From positions 121,619 to 185,618 of the forward strand of contig CBDCOC010000004.1 in NCBI GenBank assembly GCA_965219605.1: a DNA stretch of 64,000 nucleotides, written 5' to 3'. Positions within the stretch are counted from its first letter, which is position 1; each line of letters starts with the position of its first letter. Both the position numbers and the translations under genes were made by a program. Of this stretch, positions 1 to 10,931 are shown one piece after another. The notes beneath the pieces are model-generated. The model was not told the DNA's origin. It was given only the letters and a program-made list of their open reading frames with translations, and did not search any database. This DNA comes from Bryobacterales bacterium. GTDB taxonomy: Bacteria > Acidobacteriota > Terriglobia > Bryobacterales > UBA6623.

Positions 1-480
1 GACAAGCAGGCAACCAGCACGGCCCTCAACGACGCGCTGTACTTGGCATCCGAGGAGATGTTCCGGAACCAGGTCGGGCGCAAGGCGGTGGTGGTTATCT
101 CTGACGGCCACGACTACGGCAGCAAGGTCAGCTTGAAGTCAGCCATCGAGGCTGCTCAGCGCGCTGGCATCGTGGTGTACACGATCCAGTACGAGGACCG
201 GTATTTTGCCCGCGGGGCGTACTTCAACCTTGGCGCGGGCGCTGGCGTGCTCAGGAAAATGTCGGAGCAGACAGGCGGCAGCTCCTTCCGCGTCTCACAC
301 GGTATCCGCCTGGCGGGGATTTTCCAGCAGATCGAGGATGAACTGCGCGGCCAGTACAGTATCGGCTACACGCCCAAGCGCGACCTCGATCGCCCGGGCT
401 TTCGCAAGATCTCACTCAAGACACACCGCAAGGGGCTGAAGATCCAAGCCCGCGACGGCTACTACGCCGATGCGATCTAG
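1..480 (+). CDS. von Willebrand factor type A (VWA) domain protein, C-terminal part (5' end lies outside the window)
   Basis: Frame 1 is open from base 1. Segments such as VVVISDGHDYGS and AGIVVYTIQYED are typical of the VWA fold. Stop codon at 478-480. Confidence 0.6.
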   Translation, partial: DKQATSTALNDALYLASEEMFRNQVGRKAVVVISDGHDYGSKVSLKSAIEAAQRAGIVVYTIQYEDRYFARGAYFNLGAGAGVLRKMSEQTGGSSFRVSHGIRLAGIFQQIEDELRGQYSIGYTPKRDLDRPGFRKISLKTHRKGLKIQARDGYYADAI

Positions 481-492
481 GGCGCCGCGCCG

Positions 493-1440
493 TCACTGCA
501 AGCGCTCGGTCTCGGAGTGGAAGTCGCGGCCGGCGTGGTGCAAGAACACATCTTCCAAGCTGGGCCGCGAGATCTTGACCGATTCGATCTGATTGCCGAA
601 GCGGGCCATCAGCCGAGCGGTCCACTTCGGCCCCTCGGGGTGTTCAAAGCGGATTTCGTGGCCCTGCACGCTTGCGTTCCGAACCTCGTACTCCTCGGAC
701 AGAGCGGTTGCGATATCCGGTGCCACACTGCTGGACAGCGTGATCACAGCGCCGCCGATCTCGGACTTCAGGTCGGCAGGCGCGCCCTGCCGGATCAATT
801 TACCGTGGTCTAGAATCGCCAGCTCGTCGCAAGACTCCGCCTCTTCCAGCAGATGCGTCGTCAGCAGGATGGTCACGCCGGCGTCAGACCGCAGTTGCTC
901 CAAGTAGCGCCAGAAGGCGAGGCGGGCGATGGGGTCGACTCCGGTGCTGGGCTCGTCCAGTAGCAGCAGCTTCGGGCCGTGCAGCAGTCCCTTGGCCAGA
1001 TCGGCCCGGCGGCGCAGCCCGCCGGAGAGCGTCTCCACGCGATCCTTGCGGCGGCTCTCCAGGCCGACCTTTTCCAGCGCCTCGTCGATGCGCTCGGCGA
1101 GGACGCGCCCGTGCAGGCCGTACATGTGGCCTTGGTGCAGAAGGTTTTCCTCGACGCTGAGGCGGGGATCCAAGCTCTGGGACTGGAAGACGATACCAAC
1201 CTGGCGTCGCGCCTCTACCGGTCGCTCGGCAACATCAACGCCCAGCAGCTTGGCGCTGCCACTGCCGGGAGCGAGCAGGGTGGAGAGGATGCGGAACAGC
1301 GTGGTCTTGCCGCTGCCGTTGGGCCCGAGCAGGCCGAAGATAGACCTGTGCGGGACGCAGAAGCTAACGCCGTCCAAGGCCTGAGTCTTGCCATAGCTGT
1401 AGGTGCATTCCGAGATTTCGACTGCGGCTGGTGCGGGCAT
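493..1440 (-). CDS. ABC transporter ATP-binding protein
   Basis: Walker A GPNGSGKTT, ABC signature LSGGLRRR and Walker B LLLLDEPSTGVD. The ATG at 1440 (MPAPAAVEI...) is preferred over the 383-aa ORF start at 1644. Confidence 0.9.
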   Translation of the reverse strand: MPAPAAVEISECTYSYGKTQALDGVSFCVPHRSIFGLLGPNGSGKTTLFRILSTLLAPGSGSAKLLGVDVAERPVEARRQVGIVFQSQSLDPRLSVEENLLHQGHMYGLHGRVLAERIDEALEKVGLESRRKDRVETLSGGLRRRADLAKGLLHGPKLLLLDEPSTGVDPIARLAFWRYLEQLRSDAGVTILLTTHLLEEAESCDELAILDHGKLIRQGAPADLKSEIGGAVITLSSSVAPDIATALSEEYEVRNASVQGHEIRFEHPEGPKWTARLMARFGNQIESVKISRPSLEDVFLHHAGRDFHSETERLQ

Positions 1441-1726
1441 GCGGTGCTGTATTGCCTTGACGGTAGCACAAGGTGTCGCTGCTAAGTCTTGCCATCCGAA
1501 TAAGCCCTGACGCCCAGCAGTTCCAGCCGCGGATCGGAGGCGGAGGGGGCAGGGGCGGCGCATGCGCGCGCTGCCCGCCGCCGGCCACGGCAGGTCTGCG
1601 GCACGATGACGTAGCGCGTGAAATGCAGTGGGATCGACTGCCATTGCATGCCGCGCTGGCCTTGCGCGCGACGCGGCTCCCCCTTGTCGGTCGTGCGCAG
1701 GGGGCGGGCATGCTCCGCTACGACTG

Positions 1727-2434
1727 TCAGAACCGCAGCTTTAACGTGTATTGGAAGATCCTGGGCCCGCCCCCGCGACCGATGTTTCCCGTGCGAGTGA
1801 AGAATCCACCGCCAACTCCGTTGAACTGCCGGAATCGGCTATTCATGAGGAAATTTGTCCGGTTGGTGAAGTTGAACGACTCGATCCGCAGCTGCAGGCG
1901 CATTCCTTCGCGGATTTGGAAGTTCTTCGATACAGCGAGGTTCGCGGAGAGCCGGCCCGGCCCGTCGAGTATGTTACGGCCGGACGTGCCGGGCAAGAAG
2001 GCTCCCTCCGGGCAGTGCAACGGCGTGCCGGCTTCCGGGTCCGCGTCCACGCAACCGGGCACGTTCTCAAAGGCCCTTGTGTCGTAGAACGGGTAGTCGA
2101 TCCCCCGCTTCGCGCCAAGTGCCGGGTCGTCAGCCTGCGAGCCGTGAGCGATCCGGTTGGGGCGTTGCGACTCGCCCAGGTTCTGGTCCACGTTGGCGGC
2201 TGTGACAGTGAACGGCGAACCGGAGTACGAGGTATGCGTGCCCGAGAGCTGCCAGCCGCCGAGAATGGCTTGCGCGGCGCTTCCCCACTGGGCTCCCCAG
2301 CGGCGCCCGTGCCCGAACGGCAGGTTGTAGTTGCCGGCCAGCGTGAACACGTGGCGGCGGTCCCAGGTCGAGCGCCCGCGATCGAGTTTCAGGTCGTTGC
2401 GATGCAACGCGTTGCCAAAGTCCGTGGCACCCCC
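1727..2434 (-). pseudogene. TonB-dependent receptor, 3' (C-terminal barrel) segment separated from its 5' part by an IS110 insertion
   Basis: ...GATDFGNALHRNDLKLDRGRSTWDRRHVF...RIFQYTLKLRF* with the canonical terminal Phe. The upstream part of ORF 1727-2575 is IS sequence. Confidence 0.8.
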
Positions 2435-3810
2435 TTTTATGTTGGAATAGTGCCCGAACGAGGAATGGCCGCCACGCCCGTGGAGCCTCTGCCAGCACGG
2501 TCGCAGCTGGCGCCAGCCAGCGCTGCGACAACTCACAGTTTCCTGCCCGCCGCAGTGCAGGCAGGAGTGTGCCAAGGGGGCCTGGCCAGGCCCCCTTGGC
2601 AGCGACGGGTCGGACCGTTCCCCCCTCGGATTCTAGGTCCGTTCGTGAGCTTGGTCGGCCCGTCGCACCCATTCCTGCGCGTCCTGCACGGAAGCGTGGG
2701 TACAGACCCGTATCGCAAAAGGATAGGAACCCAGGAATGACCACACCCACTCCCATCGTAGTCGTCGGCATCGATGTCGGCAAGGCGTACCTTGACGCCC
2801 ACCTGCTCGACACCGGCCTCGACTGCCGCTATGCAAATACCAAAAGCGGCCGGCGCGCTTTGTGCAACCGGCTGCGCAAGCACCGCGTCACCCGCGCCGT
2901 CTTCGAACCCACCGGGCGTTACCACCGCCAACTGCACCAATGCCTGGCTGCAGCTGGCTTGGAGACTGTCCTTGTCAACCCCTTGCGCTCGCGGCGCTTC
3001 GCCGAAGCGCTCGGCCAACTCGCTAAGAACGACCGCGTCGATGCGACCATGCTGGCTCGCTTCGGCCGTCTCGCCGACTTGCAAGCGACCCCGCCACAAG
3101 CCGCCAACCTGCGACTTCTCCAGGATTTGCTTGTCGCTCGCCGCAAGCTTGTCGAGCAACTCGGCACGCTGCGCAAGCTAACCGCCGAACTCGACCCGCA
3201 AGCGACGCGCCGCTTTTCCAAGCCGCTCGCCAGCCTACAGGCCGCCCGCGCCGCCTGCGACCGCGACCTGCAAACTTGCCTGGCCGCCGATGCCGTGCTC
3301 GCCCGCCGCGCCGAGATTATCCAGTCCATCCCCGGCTTCGGTCCGCTCAACGCTGCCTGCCTCTGCGCTACCATGCCCGAACTCGGCTCGCTTGGCCGCC
3401 GCCCAGCTGCCGCGCTACTGGGGCTGGCTCCTTTCGACCGCGATTCCGGCCAACGGCGCGGCGCTCGCTCGATTCGTGCCGGGCGCGCCCAGCCGCGCCA
3501 CTTGCTCTACATGGCCGCCCTGTCCGCCACCCGCTGCCAGCCCGCCGCCCAAGCCTGCTACCAGCGCCTGGTGGCTAACGGCAAGCCCCACAAGCTCGCC
3601 CTCGTCGCTGTCATGCGCCGCTTGGCCGGCCTGCTCGACACCCTCTTGCGCGAAGACCGCCTCTGGCAACCCGAACCACCCGCCCGCCCTGCCGAGGTCG
3701 TCGTATGAACTGCCTGCTCCTCTCTACCCAGCACTCCACGCTAGGCCCCCTCGCCTGCCACTGGCAACCTCTTTTCCCGCTCCTGCCGCTTGACTTTCAA
3801 CACGGAAGCT
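2430..3810 (+). mobile_element. IS110-family insertion sequence (about 1.38 kb) inserted in a TonB-dependent receptor gene
   Basis: The TBDR reading frame breaks at both ends. It carries an internal IS110 transposase gene and no obvious terminal inverted repeats, as is usual for IS110. Its left about 185 bp recur at 40291-40478. Boundaries are good to about +/-5 bp. Confidence 0.8.
2737..3708 (+). CDS. IS110-family transposase/recombinase (DEDD N-domain plus Transposase_20 C-domain)
   Basis: MTTPTPIVVVGIDVGKAYLDAH... at the N-terminus, then ...IQSIPGFGPLNAACLCATMPELGSLGRRPAAALLGLAPFDRDSGQRRG.... ATG at 2737. Confidence 0.9.
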   Translation: MTTPTPIVVVGIDVGKAYLDAHLLDTGLDCRYANTKSGRRALCNRLRKHRVTRAVFEPTGRYHRQLHQCLAAAGLETVLVNPLRSRRFAEALGQLAKNDRVDATMLARFGRLADLQATPPQAANLRLLQDLLVARRKLVEQLGTLRKLTAELDPQATRRFSKPLASLQAARAACDRDLQTCLAADAVLARRAEIIQSIPGFGPLNAACLCATMPELGSLGRRPAAALLGLAPFDRDSGQRRGARSIRAGRAQPRHLLYMAALSATRCQPAAQACYQRLVANGKPHKLALVAVMRRLAGLLDTLLREDRLWQPEPPARPAEVVV

Positions 3811-6638
3811 CCCTGCGTGCGGGACGCATCGTTGATCGACTTGGAGAACGAGTAGTTGACGCGCCAGAACAGCCCGCCCCGGCTGCGCTTGCGCCAAGAG
3901 ATGTTGGCGGCGTTGTAGTTGGAGTTCGAGCCGGTGCTGTAGAAGTTGATGGCGTTCCAGTCGGGATTCGGCCGCAGCGACTGGGGATCCTGCCCGTCGG
4001 CGTAGCCCCCTTCCGCGGTCCGGCTGGCGAGGAACCACTCGCGCGTGCGGATGGCTTGGTTGTGGTCGTAGCGACGAATGAGATGGGTTCCTTTCGAGCC
4101 CCGGTAGTCGATCTCCACGCTGGTGCCGCCGGGCAGTCGGCGCTCGAGCGTGAAGTTCCAGGACTGCAAGTATGACTGGCTCGGATTTTGCGTAATGCCG
4201 TTTGCGCTCGGGCGACCGCGAGTCCAGCTTCCGCCAATGACGACGTCGCGAGCCAGCGTGCCTAACGGGTCACGGAGCAGCAACGAGGGCGGCCTGGACG
4301 GGCTTGCGTTCCGCCCCGCATAGTTGGTGTTGATCGAGAACGGGAAGATATTGCCCAAGCTGTTCCGGAAGGGGCCTAGGATCGTGCCGGCCATGAACAT
4401 GCCGTAGCCCGAGCGGAGGACTGTCTTCTTCGTCAAGCGGTAGGCGAATCCGAAGCGGGGCGTGAAGTTGTTCCAGTCCGTCTGGATCACCGAGCGCGGA
4501 AAGCCTGCCTCTTCTGCGGTCAGGAATCGATCCTCGAGATTGTAGTCGCCGAGCAGCTTGTCGAAATTGTCGGGAAGGTTGCGGTCGCTGGCAAGCACGA
4601 TCTTGTCGAGCTCGGGGACGTAGCTGCCCATGCGCCCCTGCACGTCCCAAGGCATCTGGTTGACTTCCCAGCGCACTCCAAGGTTCAAGGTCAGCTTGCG
4701 CGTGAGCTTCCAATCGTCGTTGAAGAACGCCCCCATGGCGACTTGGCGCCAGTCGGGGGCGTTGATTCCTTGCCGGACGCTGAGGTTGTGCAACTGGCCG
4801 AGGTACATGTCTGCGATCGGGCTGCCTAGGTGCGCGCATGCCGCCGAGCCGCAGCCTCCGGTGCGGAAGCCGCGGAAGCGGTAGCTGCCCCGGGCGTTGT
4901 TAACGCTTGGTCGCCTGTACACCACGTAGTTGTAGTTGAATCCGTACTTCAGGGTGTGCGCGCTCTTGACATTGGTCAGAGTGATGCCCCACTGAATGTC
5001 CCGGATGTCCGTGATGACCGGCACGCCGCTTGCAGTGCCGAGATTGGCGTGGTTGTCAGCATTGACCAAGGGGAAGTCGTCAATGCTGGGGTACAACTCC
5101 CGGTCCTGTTCCGAGAGGAAGTCCGGCATGCCGAGCTCGCGGGTGATGTTCTGTCCAGAGAAGGCCCCGTTCTGCAGCAAGTCGTTGCCGCTGAAGCCGA
5201 AGCGGGCCTTCATCAGGAACGACGGAGAGAACATGTGCGTGTAGTCGGACCCCACCAAGTAGCGGTCGTCGTCGCTGAGGTTGCCGAACTGGGGCAGCGG
5301 GCTGCCCGCGAACGGGTTTTGGTTGTTGTTGCGGCGGTGCTGCAGGCGCGCTGCCAAGTTGTTCTCGCCCAGCTTGTGGTCGATCTTGAACATCGTGCTG
5401 CCGAACTTGTCGGTGTCGGTCGCGACCACGATGTAGTTGAACAAATCCCTCCGATTGCTTAAGTTCGGGAGCGGGTACTGCTCCAACAGTCGCAGGGACA
5501 CGGGGTCGGCGCGGCTCATCGGAATGATGTTGTTCGGGAAGCAGGCATCCGACCGCGCGCCCCTGCATGCTCCTTGTGCCGAGCGATCATGGATGGCGAA
5601 CTTGCCCCGCAGGTCGTCGAGCACGGCTTCGTCGCTCAGGTCCAGCTGGTTGTTGAGATTGCGCAAGCCAATGGACTGGCTGAAGTCGCCGCCGACTTCC
5701 AGCGGGAGCGGAACTCTTGTCAGGCGCGTCAGTTCCTGGCTGCGGCGGCGTAGCTCATAGCTGACCATGAAGAACGTCCTGTTCCTCTTGATGGGGCCGG
5801 TCACCGTCGCGGAGAACTGGTTCTGGAGCAGGTTGTTCCTTTGCTGCGGGAAGAAGCCCCGCGCGTCTAGCACGTCGTTGCGCATGAAGTGGCTGAGGTT
5901 GCCGTGGATCTTGTTCGTTCCCGAGCGCAGGGTCATGTTCAGGATGCCGCCGGCCATGCGCCCGTACTCCGCGGAATAGCCGGAAACTTCCATCTTGAAT
6001 TCCTGCAGGGCGTCAAGGTTCGGGCGCACCTGCGCGCCGCCGCCCTGCACGTTGCGGTTGGCGAAGCCGTCGACGTAGAAATTGGTGTTCGTGGGCCGTG
6101 CGCCGTTGATGGAGGCGAACGAGCCCTGGGCGCTTTCCCCGGGCACTACCCCGGGCACGAAAAAGGCGAGGTCGGTGAAGTCGCGCCCGTTCAAGGGCAG
6201 TTCCTGGATTTCCTCTTGGACGATCACATCGCCCTTGATCATGCCGTTCTCGGTGTTCAGTATTACGAGCGGGGCATCGACCGTCACGGATTCCGTGACT
6301 CGGCCGACCTGCAGTTCGATGTCCACGCGCCGGCTGTCCCCCGTCCGCAGGATGATTCCTCGCTCGACATGCTGCTGGAAGCCGTCAGAAGTGATGATCA
6401 AGTCGTACTGGCCGGGAATCAGCGCCGTGAAAGTGTAGCTGCCGCTTGCGCCGGTCGACTGCTCCTTGGTAATTCCGGTTCCGATGTTGATCAAGGTGGC
6501 CTCGGCCGCGGGAACGACACCTCCGCCGCTGTCCGTGACGACACCGGTCAGCGTCGCTAGGTTTGCCTGCGCAAGGACGGGCGGCGCGAGCAGCGCCGCG
6601 ATTGCTAGCGAAAGAGCCGCTTGCTTAGTTGTCATCAT
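3810..6638 (-). pseudogene. TonB-dependent receptor, 5' segment (signal peptide, CarboxypepD_reg domain, plug and most of the barrel), interrupted by IS110
   Basis: MMTTKQAALSLAIAALLAPPVLAQANLATLTGVVTDSGGGVV.... ORF 3741-6638 reads through into the IS for its last about 23 codons. Confidence 0.8.
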
Positions 6639-7234
6639 TGCTCTTGGAACCGCGCAGGCCCGAGATCCGCGTCAGTGGGCTGGCAGAGATTATACTAGTG
6701 TCTGCGGCAAAGCATATATGTCATTTTATATCAATTATTTGCGTTCAATCAACGCAGGCAAGGACTGCGCTGGCAGCAGCCCGTTGGCCCGGATATATGC
6801 GGCCTGTTAGCTGCGATCTTCGTCCGGCAGTAGCCCATGCGAGCCGCCTTAGTCCAAACCGGCCCTCGGCCGAATCGTCATCCGGTGCATCGATCCCCAG
6901 TCCCGGGATGAGATGCCCGCCGTGCTGCGCGGACCGCGGGTCGCGGCGGTTGGCCAAGGAGACGAGCTGCTGGCCGGAGCCGGAATCGCGGTAGCGGACG
7001 CGGCGCAGGGGCAGCGGACAGGCTGGCCGCGCTCGCTGGCCAGCCAAGGCGATCCAATGGCCGAGGCCTCCAATGCGGCACTTGTCGGATCGGATATAAC
7101 AGCCGCCACCGGATGGATGCCAGCTACAGGGCGAAAGGCCGCGCTGCTAGCCGGTTGCCGGCCCGCGGGAGTCCTGTCTGCCTACGCACGGCGCGCTTGT
7201 CAGTGCCGGCCCGCTGCAGTCCGCAGGCGGGCGA

Positions 7235-7319
7235 TGGTGCGAACGGGGAGACTCGAACTCCCACGGGTTGCCCCACTAGAACCTAAATCTAGCGCGTCTA
7301 CCAATTCCGCCACGTTCGC
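7235..7319 (-). tRNA. tRNA-Leu (anticodon TAG)
   Basis: Reverse complement GCGAACGTGGCGGAATTGGTAGACGCGCTAGATTTAGGTTCTAGTGGGGCAACCCGTGGGAGTTCGAGTCTCCCCGTTCGCACCA. It has a 7-bp acceptor stem, a long variable arm, anticodon loop TTTAGGT and an encoded CCA. Confidence 0.9.
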
Positions 7320-7441
7320 GCTCGGCGCACATCCGGCAACTAGCTTCGCTCCAACACCCGGGCGCGACCGCTGCCCCCTCATCTTAGCCGAAGCGCGGCT
7401 CAGGCTAGGCGGACGGAGACTGGTCGCGCAGTTGCCCTGCA

Positions 7442-8692
7442 TTGGGTATGATTACCAGCATGTCCGAAACCATCGAACTACTCAGAAGCGCCTTGGCATC
7501 GGGCGAGGGCGTGTTGCGGCTGGCTCCTGCTTGGGTGCCGAGGTCGTTTCTCATGCCGGGAGGGCGGCTGAAGCTCCATCCCGCTGATATTTACGCGCTC
7601 GGAGCGCATCGCGGCGGCATTGACGAGCGCTGGTTCTCCTCGACTACGAACGCTGACAACGGGCCTGGCACGCCCGACGACGAGGGGCTGAGCTACATCG
7701 TCGCATCGCATGGAGACGCCGGCCCGCGCAAGGTCTTGCTCAAGGCGGCCGTGGACGAGATCGGCGATGAGATCCTCGGCAGCGATGTGATGAGCGCGCA
7801 GGGCGGCTGGAACGTGCTCTGCAAGTTTTTCGACAATCTCGGCCCGATCCCGCACCACATGCATCAAGACGAGGAAGCGGCCGCCCGCGTGGGCCGGCGC
7901 GGCAAGCCCGAGGCGTACTATTTCCCGCCCCAATACAACTACAAGGAGAACAACTTCGCCTATACCTTCATGGGCCTCGAGCCGGGTACGACGAAGGACG
8001 ACATCCGGCGCTGCCTCGAGCGCTGGAATGAGGGGGACAACGGTATCCTCTACCATTCCAAGGCCTACAAGCTCAAGCCCGGCACCGGCTGGCAGATCCC
8101 GGCCGGCGTGTTGCACGCGCCCGGTTCGGCAGTCACCTACGAGCCCCAGGTGAACTCCGATGTGTTCGGCATGTTCCAGTCCATGGTCGAGGGCCGCTAC
8201 GTGCCGTGGGACCTGCTCGTCAAGGACGTGCCGCCGGAGCACCACCAAGACTTGGAATACATCATCGGGATGCTGGACTGGGAGGCCAATGTCGATCCGC
8301 ATTTCATGGAGCACCGCCACTTCGTGCCCCGGCCGGTCCGCGCGGCAGGCGAGATGGCCGAAGACGGCTACAGCGAGGCTTGGGTGACGTATTCCACAGC
8401 GCACTACTCGGCGAAAGAATTGACCGTCCATCCCGGCCGCAGCGCCACGATCCGCGACGCAGCCGCCTACGGCACGATTGTCACGCAAGGCCGCGGGAAG
8501 ATCGGCGTCTGGGATGTGCATACCCCGGCAATGATCCGCTTTGGGGAGCTCACTGCCGACGAGTACTTTGTCACGGCGGCTGCCGCCCGCGAGGGGGTCC
8601 GGATCACGAATCTGAGTTCTGACGAGAACCTCGTCATGCTCAAGCACTTCGGGCCGGACAACCCTGACGCTCGGCCGTTGGTGCGCCAGTAG
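7442..8692 (+). CDS. Cupin-like protein, possibly a mannose-6-phosphate-isomerase-like sugar isomerase (function uncertain)
   Basis: 416-aa ORF with plausible coding composition. His-rich putative metal site GPIPHHMHQDEE. The antisense ORF 7478-8743 is judged a shadow. Confidence 0.45.
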   Translation: MGMITSMSETIELLRSALASGEGVLRLAPAWVPRSFLMPGGRLKLHPADIYALGAHRGGIDERWFSSTTNADNGPGTPDDEGLSYIVASHGDAGPRKVLLKAAVDEIGDEILGSDVMSAQGGWNVLCKFFDNLGPIPHHMHQDEEAAARVGRRGKPEAYYFPPQYNYKENNFAYTFMGLEPGTTKDDIRRCLERWNEGDNGILYHSKAYKLKPGTGWQIPAGVLHAPGSAVTYEPQVNSDVFGMFQSMVEGRYVPWDLLVKDVPPEHHQDLEYIIGMLDWEANVDPHFMEHRHFVPRPVRAAGEMAEDGYSEAWVTYSTAHYSAKELTVHPGRSATIRDAAAYGTIVTQGRGKIGVWDVHTPAMIRFGELTADEYFVTAAAAREGVRITNLSSDENLVMLKHFGPDNPDARPLVRQ

Positions 8693-8888
8693 CCCGGTGC
8701 GCAGGCGTGGGGCCCCTGCTGGCTGCGCGCGGGGCTCGATCAATAGTTCTTATCGCCCCCAGTAAGGCCGCTTATCCCGGCCGCCTCTGTGATAAGATCG
8801 CAATTTTAGGCATAACCGAGGTGGCTAGCGCCCGTCGCGGCCACGCCTTGGTGTCGCCTTCCCCCTCAACTCATATAGGAGGAAATCA

Positions 8889-10310
8889 ATGGCTGTAAAA
8901 CGCACCCCTGCGGAAGTCCTGAAGTTTGCCAGGGACAACGATTGCGAGATTCTGGACCTGCGCTTCGCGGACCTGCCCGGCATCTGGCAGCACGTGTCGT
9001 ACCCGATCGGCATGCTGACCGAGGAGAGCTTCGAGGACGGCTTCGGCTTCGACGGCTCGTCCATTCGAGGCTGGCAGGCGATCAGCGAGTCCGACATGCT
9101 CATCGTCCCCGATCCTGACACGGCGTTCGTCGACCCGTTCAACCAAGCGCCCACGCTCTGCGTCGTTTGCAACATCCTCGACCCGATCACGAAGCAGCAT
9201 TACGAGCGCGATCCGCGCTGGATCGCGCAGAAGGCCGAGAAGTACCTGCAGTACACCGGCACCGGCGACACCGCGTACTTCGGCGCCGAGGCGGAGTTCT
9301 TCCTCTTCGACAACGTCAGCTACGACTCGTCCTACAATTTCGGCTTCTACAAGATCGATTCCGAGGAGGGGCGCTGGAATTCCGGGCGGCCCGACAACAA
9401 CCTGGGCTACCGCCCGCGCTACAAGGAGGGCTACTTCCCAGTCCCGCCGACCGACCACATGCAGGACATCCGCACGGAGATGGTCAAGGTCATGATGGAC
9501 TGCGGCATTGATATCGAGTGCCACCACCACGAGGTCGCCACGGGCGGCCAGTGCGAGATCGACCAGCGCTTCGACACCCTCGTGCTGTCGGCGGACAACA
9601 TGATGCTGTACAAGTACATCGTCCGCCAAGTGGCCTACCAGAACGGCAAGTCGGCCACTTTCATGCCGAAGCCCTTGTGGAATGACAACGGCTCGGGCAT
9701 GCACACGCACCAGTCGATCTGGAAGGGCGGGCAGCCGACCTTTGCCGGCGAGGGGTATGCCGGTCTGAGCGAGACGGCATTGCACTACATCGGCGGCCTG
9801 CTGAAGCATTCTCCGGCACTGGCTGCCATCGTGGCTCCGACCACGAACAGCTACAAGCGCTTGGTGCCGGGCTTCGAGGCTCCCGTCAGCCTGGCCTATT
9901 CGCGGCGCAACCGCTCGGCGGCCTGCCGCATCCCGATGTACTCGGCCAGCCCCAAGAGCAAGCGCGTCGAGCTGCGCTACCCCGATCCGTCTTGCAATCC
10001 GTACCTGGCGTTCTCAGCCTGCCTGATGGCCGGCCTAGATGGCATCCAGAACCGTATCGACCCGGGCGAGGCGCTGGACAAGGACATCTACGACCTGTCT
10101 CCCGAGGAGCTCAGCAACGTGCCGGCGCTGCCCGAGGACTTGTCCGGCTCGCTGCAGGCGCTCGAGCGCGACCACGAGTTCTTGATGCAGAACGACGTGT
10201 TCACCGAAGAGGTGATCGCCAGCTACATCGACTACAAGCGCGCGGCGGAGGTCGACGAAGTGCGCCAGCGGCCGCACCCGTACGAATTCTCGCTGTACTA
10301 CGACATCTAG
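8889..10310 (+). CDS. glnA: Glutamine synthetase, type I
   Basis: 473 aa. ...[17 protein letters not shown]...[31 protein letters not shown]...[13 protein letters not shown].... AGGAGG Shine-Dalgarno sequence 6-7 nt upstream. Confidence 0.95.
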   Translation: MAVKRTPAEVLKFARDNDCEILDLRFADLPGIWQHVSYPIGMLTEESFEDGFGFDGSSIRGWQAISESDMLIVPDPDTAFVDPFNQAPTLCVVCNILDPITKQHYERDPRWIAQKAEKYLQYTGTGDTAYFGAEAEFFLFDNVSYDSSYNFGFYKIDSEEGRWNSGRPDNNLGYRPRYKEGYFPVPPTDHMQDIRTEMVKVMMDCGIDIECHHHEVATGGQCEIDQRFDTLVLSADNMMLYKYIVRQVAYQNGKSATFMPKPLWNDNGSGMHTHQSIWKGGQPTFAGEGYAGLSETALHYIGGLLKHSPALAAIVAPTTNSYKRLVPGFEAPVSLAYSRRNRSAACRIPMYSASPKSKRVELRYPDPSCNPYLAFSACLMAGLDGIQNRIDPGEALDKDIYDLSPEELSNVPALPEDLSGSLQALERDHEFLMQNDVFTEEVIASYIDYKRAAEVDEVRQRPHPYEFSLYYDI

Positions 10311-10931
10311 CGTTCCACGCCATGCGTCTTCCTAGCCGGTCGGCTGGGATTTGGTGCGCGTGGAGCTAGGTGGATGGCTGCGCTGCCGTTACGGGCGAAG
10401 GTCATCCTCAACTCGGTGCAGGGTCTCAGCGGTCGGAAGGCCGCGGGCCCTGCATATGGCACAAGTAGGGCCGTGTGTTGGCGCTTGGCGGCCGAGGGCT
10501 GTACCGGTTCGGGCCGCGTCTCGTCGGCGAGCGTGAAGCAGCGCTTTGGCGACAGCCCCGGGCATGGTCGCTCCGTGACGCGCGCGAAGTAGCGGTCTTC
10601 GACGAATAACTCGCTGTGGCAGATCCCGCAGAGAGTGAGCATGCCGTTGTAGGTGCCGTGGTCCGCCGCGGGGGGCGCGCCCAGTCTGGCCCGGGCGCCG
10701 ATCGGCTTGCCGCGCATGTACTTGCCGGTCATCGATTTCGAGGATCATCAGCGCGCGGTGCGGTTGCCGCGTTTGCAGCAATCATTGCCTCCGGCCCGCC
10801 CTGACAGTCTGCAAGAGCGGGCGTGCCGCTCGCCGCGCGGGTAGACTGTACGCTCAAGATAGTATCTGCGATTCCTGCGCGCAGCCGCAGGACGATTCTG
10901 TTGTCACAGTCCATCACTGGGAGAAAAAAAG

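Noticed and set aside
2569-2736. 56-codon N-terminal extension of the IS110 transposase ORF
   Set aside because: IS110 transposases begin close to the (V)GIDV(G/A)K motif. The extension runs through the 32-nt palindrome and is more plausibly non-coding RNA or left-end sequence.
7478-8743. 421-aa minus-strand ORF antisense to the cupin-like gene
   Set aside because: It is Arg/Ala/Pro/Gly-rich with low complexity, which is typical of shadow frames in G+C-rich DNA. It is fully nested against a better sense-strand ORF, and no family motif was seen.
8771-8796. CTTATC-N14-GATAAG inverted repeat and TGTGA..TCGCA-like site upstream of glnA as a nitrogen-regulator operator
   Set aside because: The arms are only 6 bp and the spacing does not fit the CRP/NtcA-type consensus (TGTGA-N6-TCACA or GTA-N8-TAC). 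This is insufficient evidence.
10307-10732. 141-aa minus-strand ORF between glnA and the SPFH gene (MTGKYMRGKPIG...CGICHSELFVEDRYFARV...)
   Set aside because: No family was recognised and it overlaps the glnA stop. Its second half is low-complexity A/P/R-rich. A short real gene at its 5' end is possible but cannot be supported from sequence alone.
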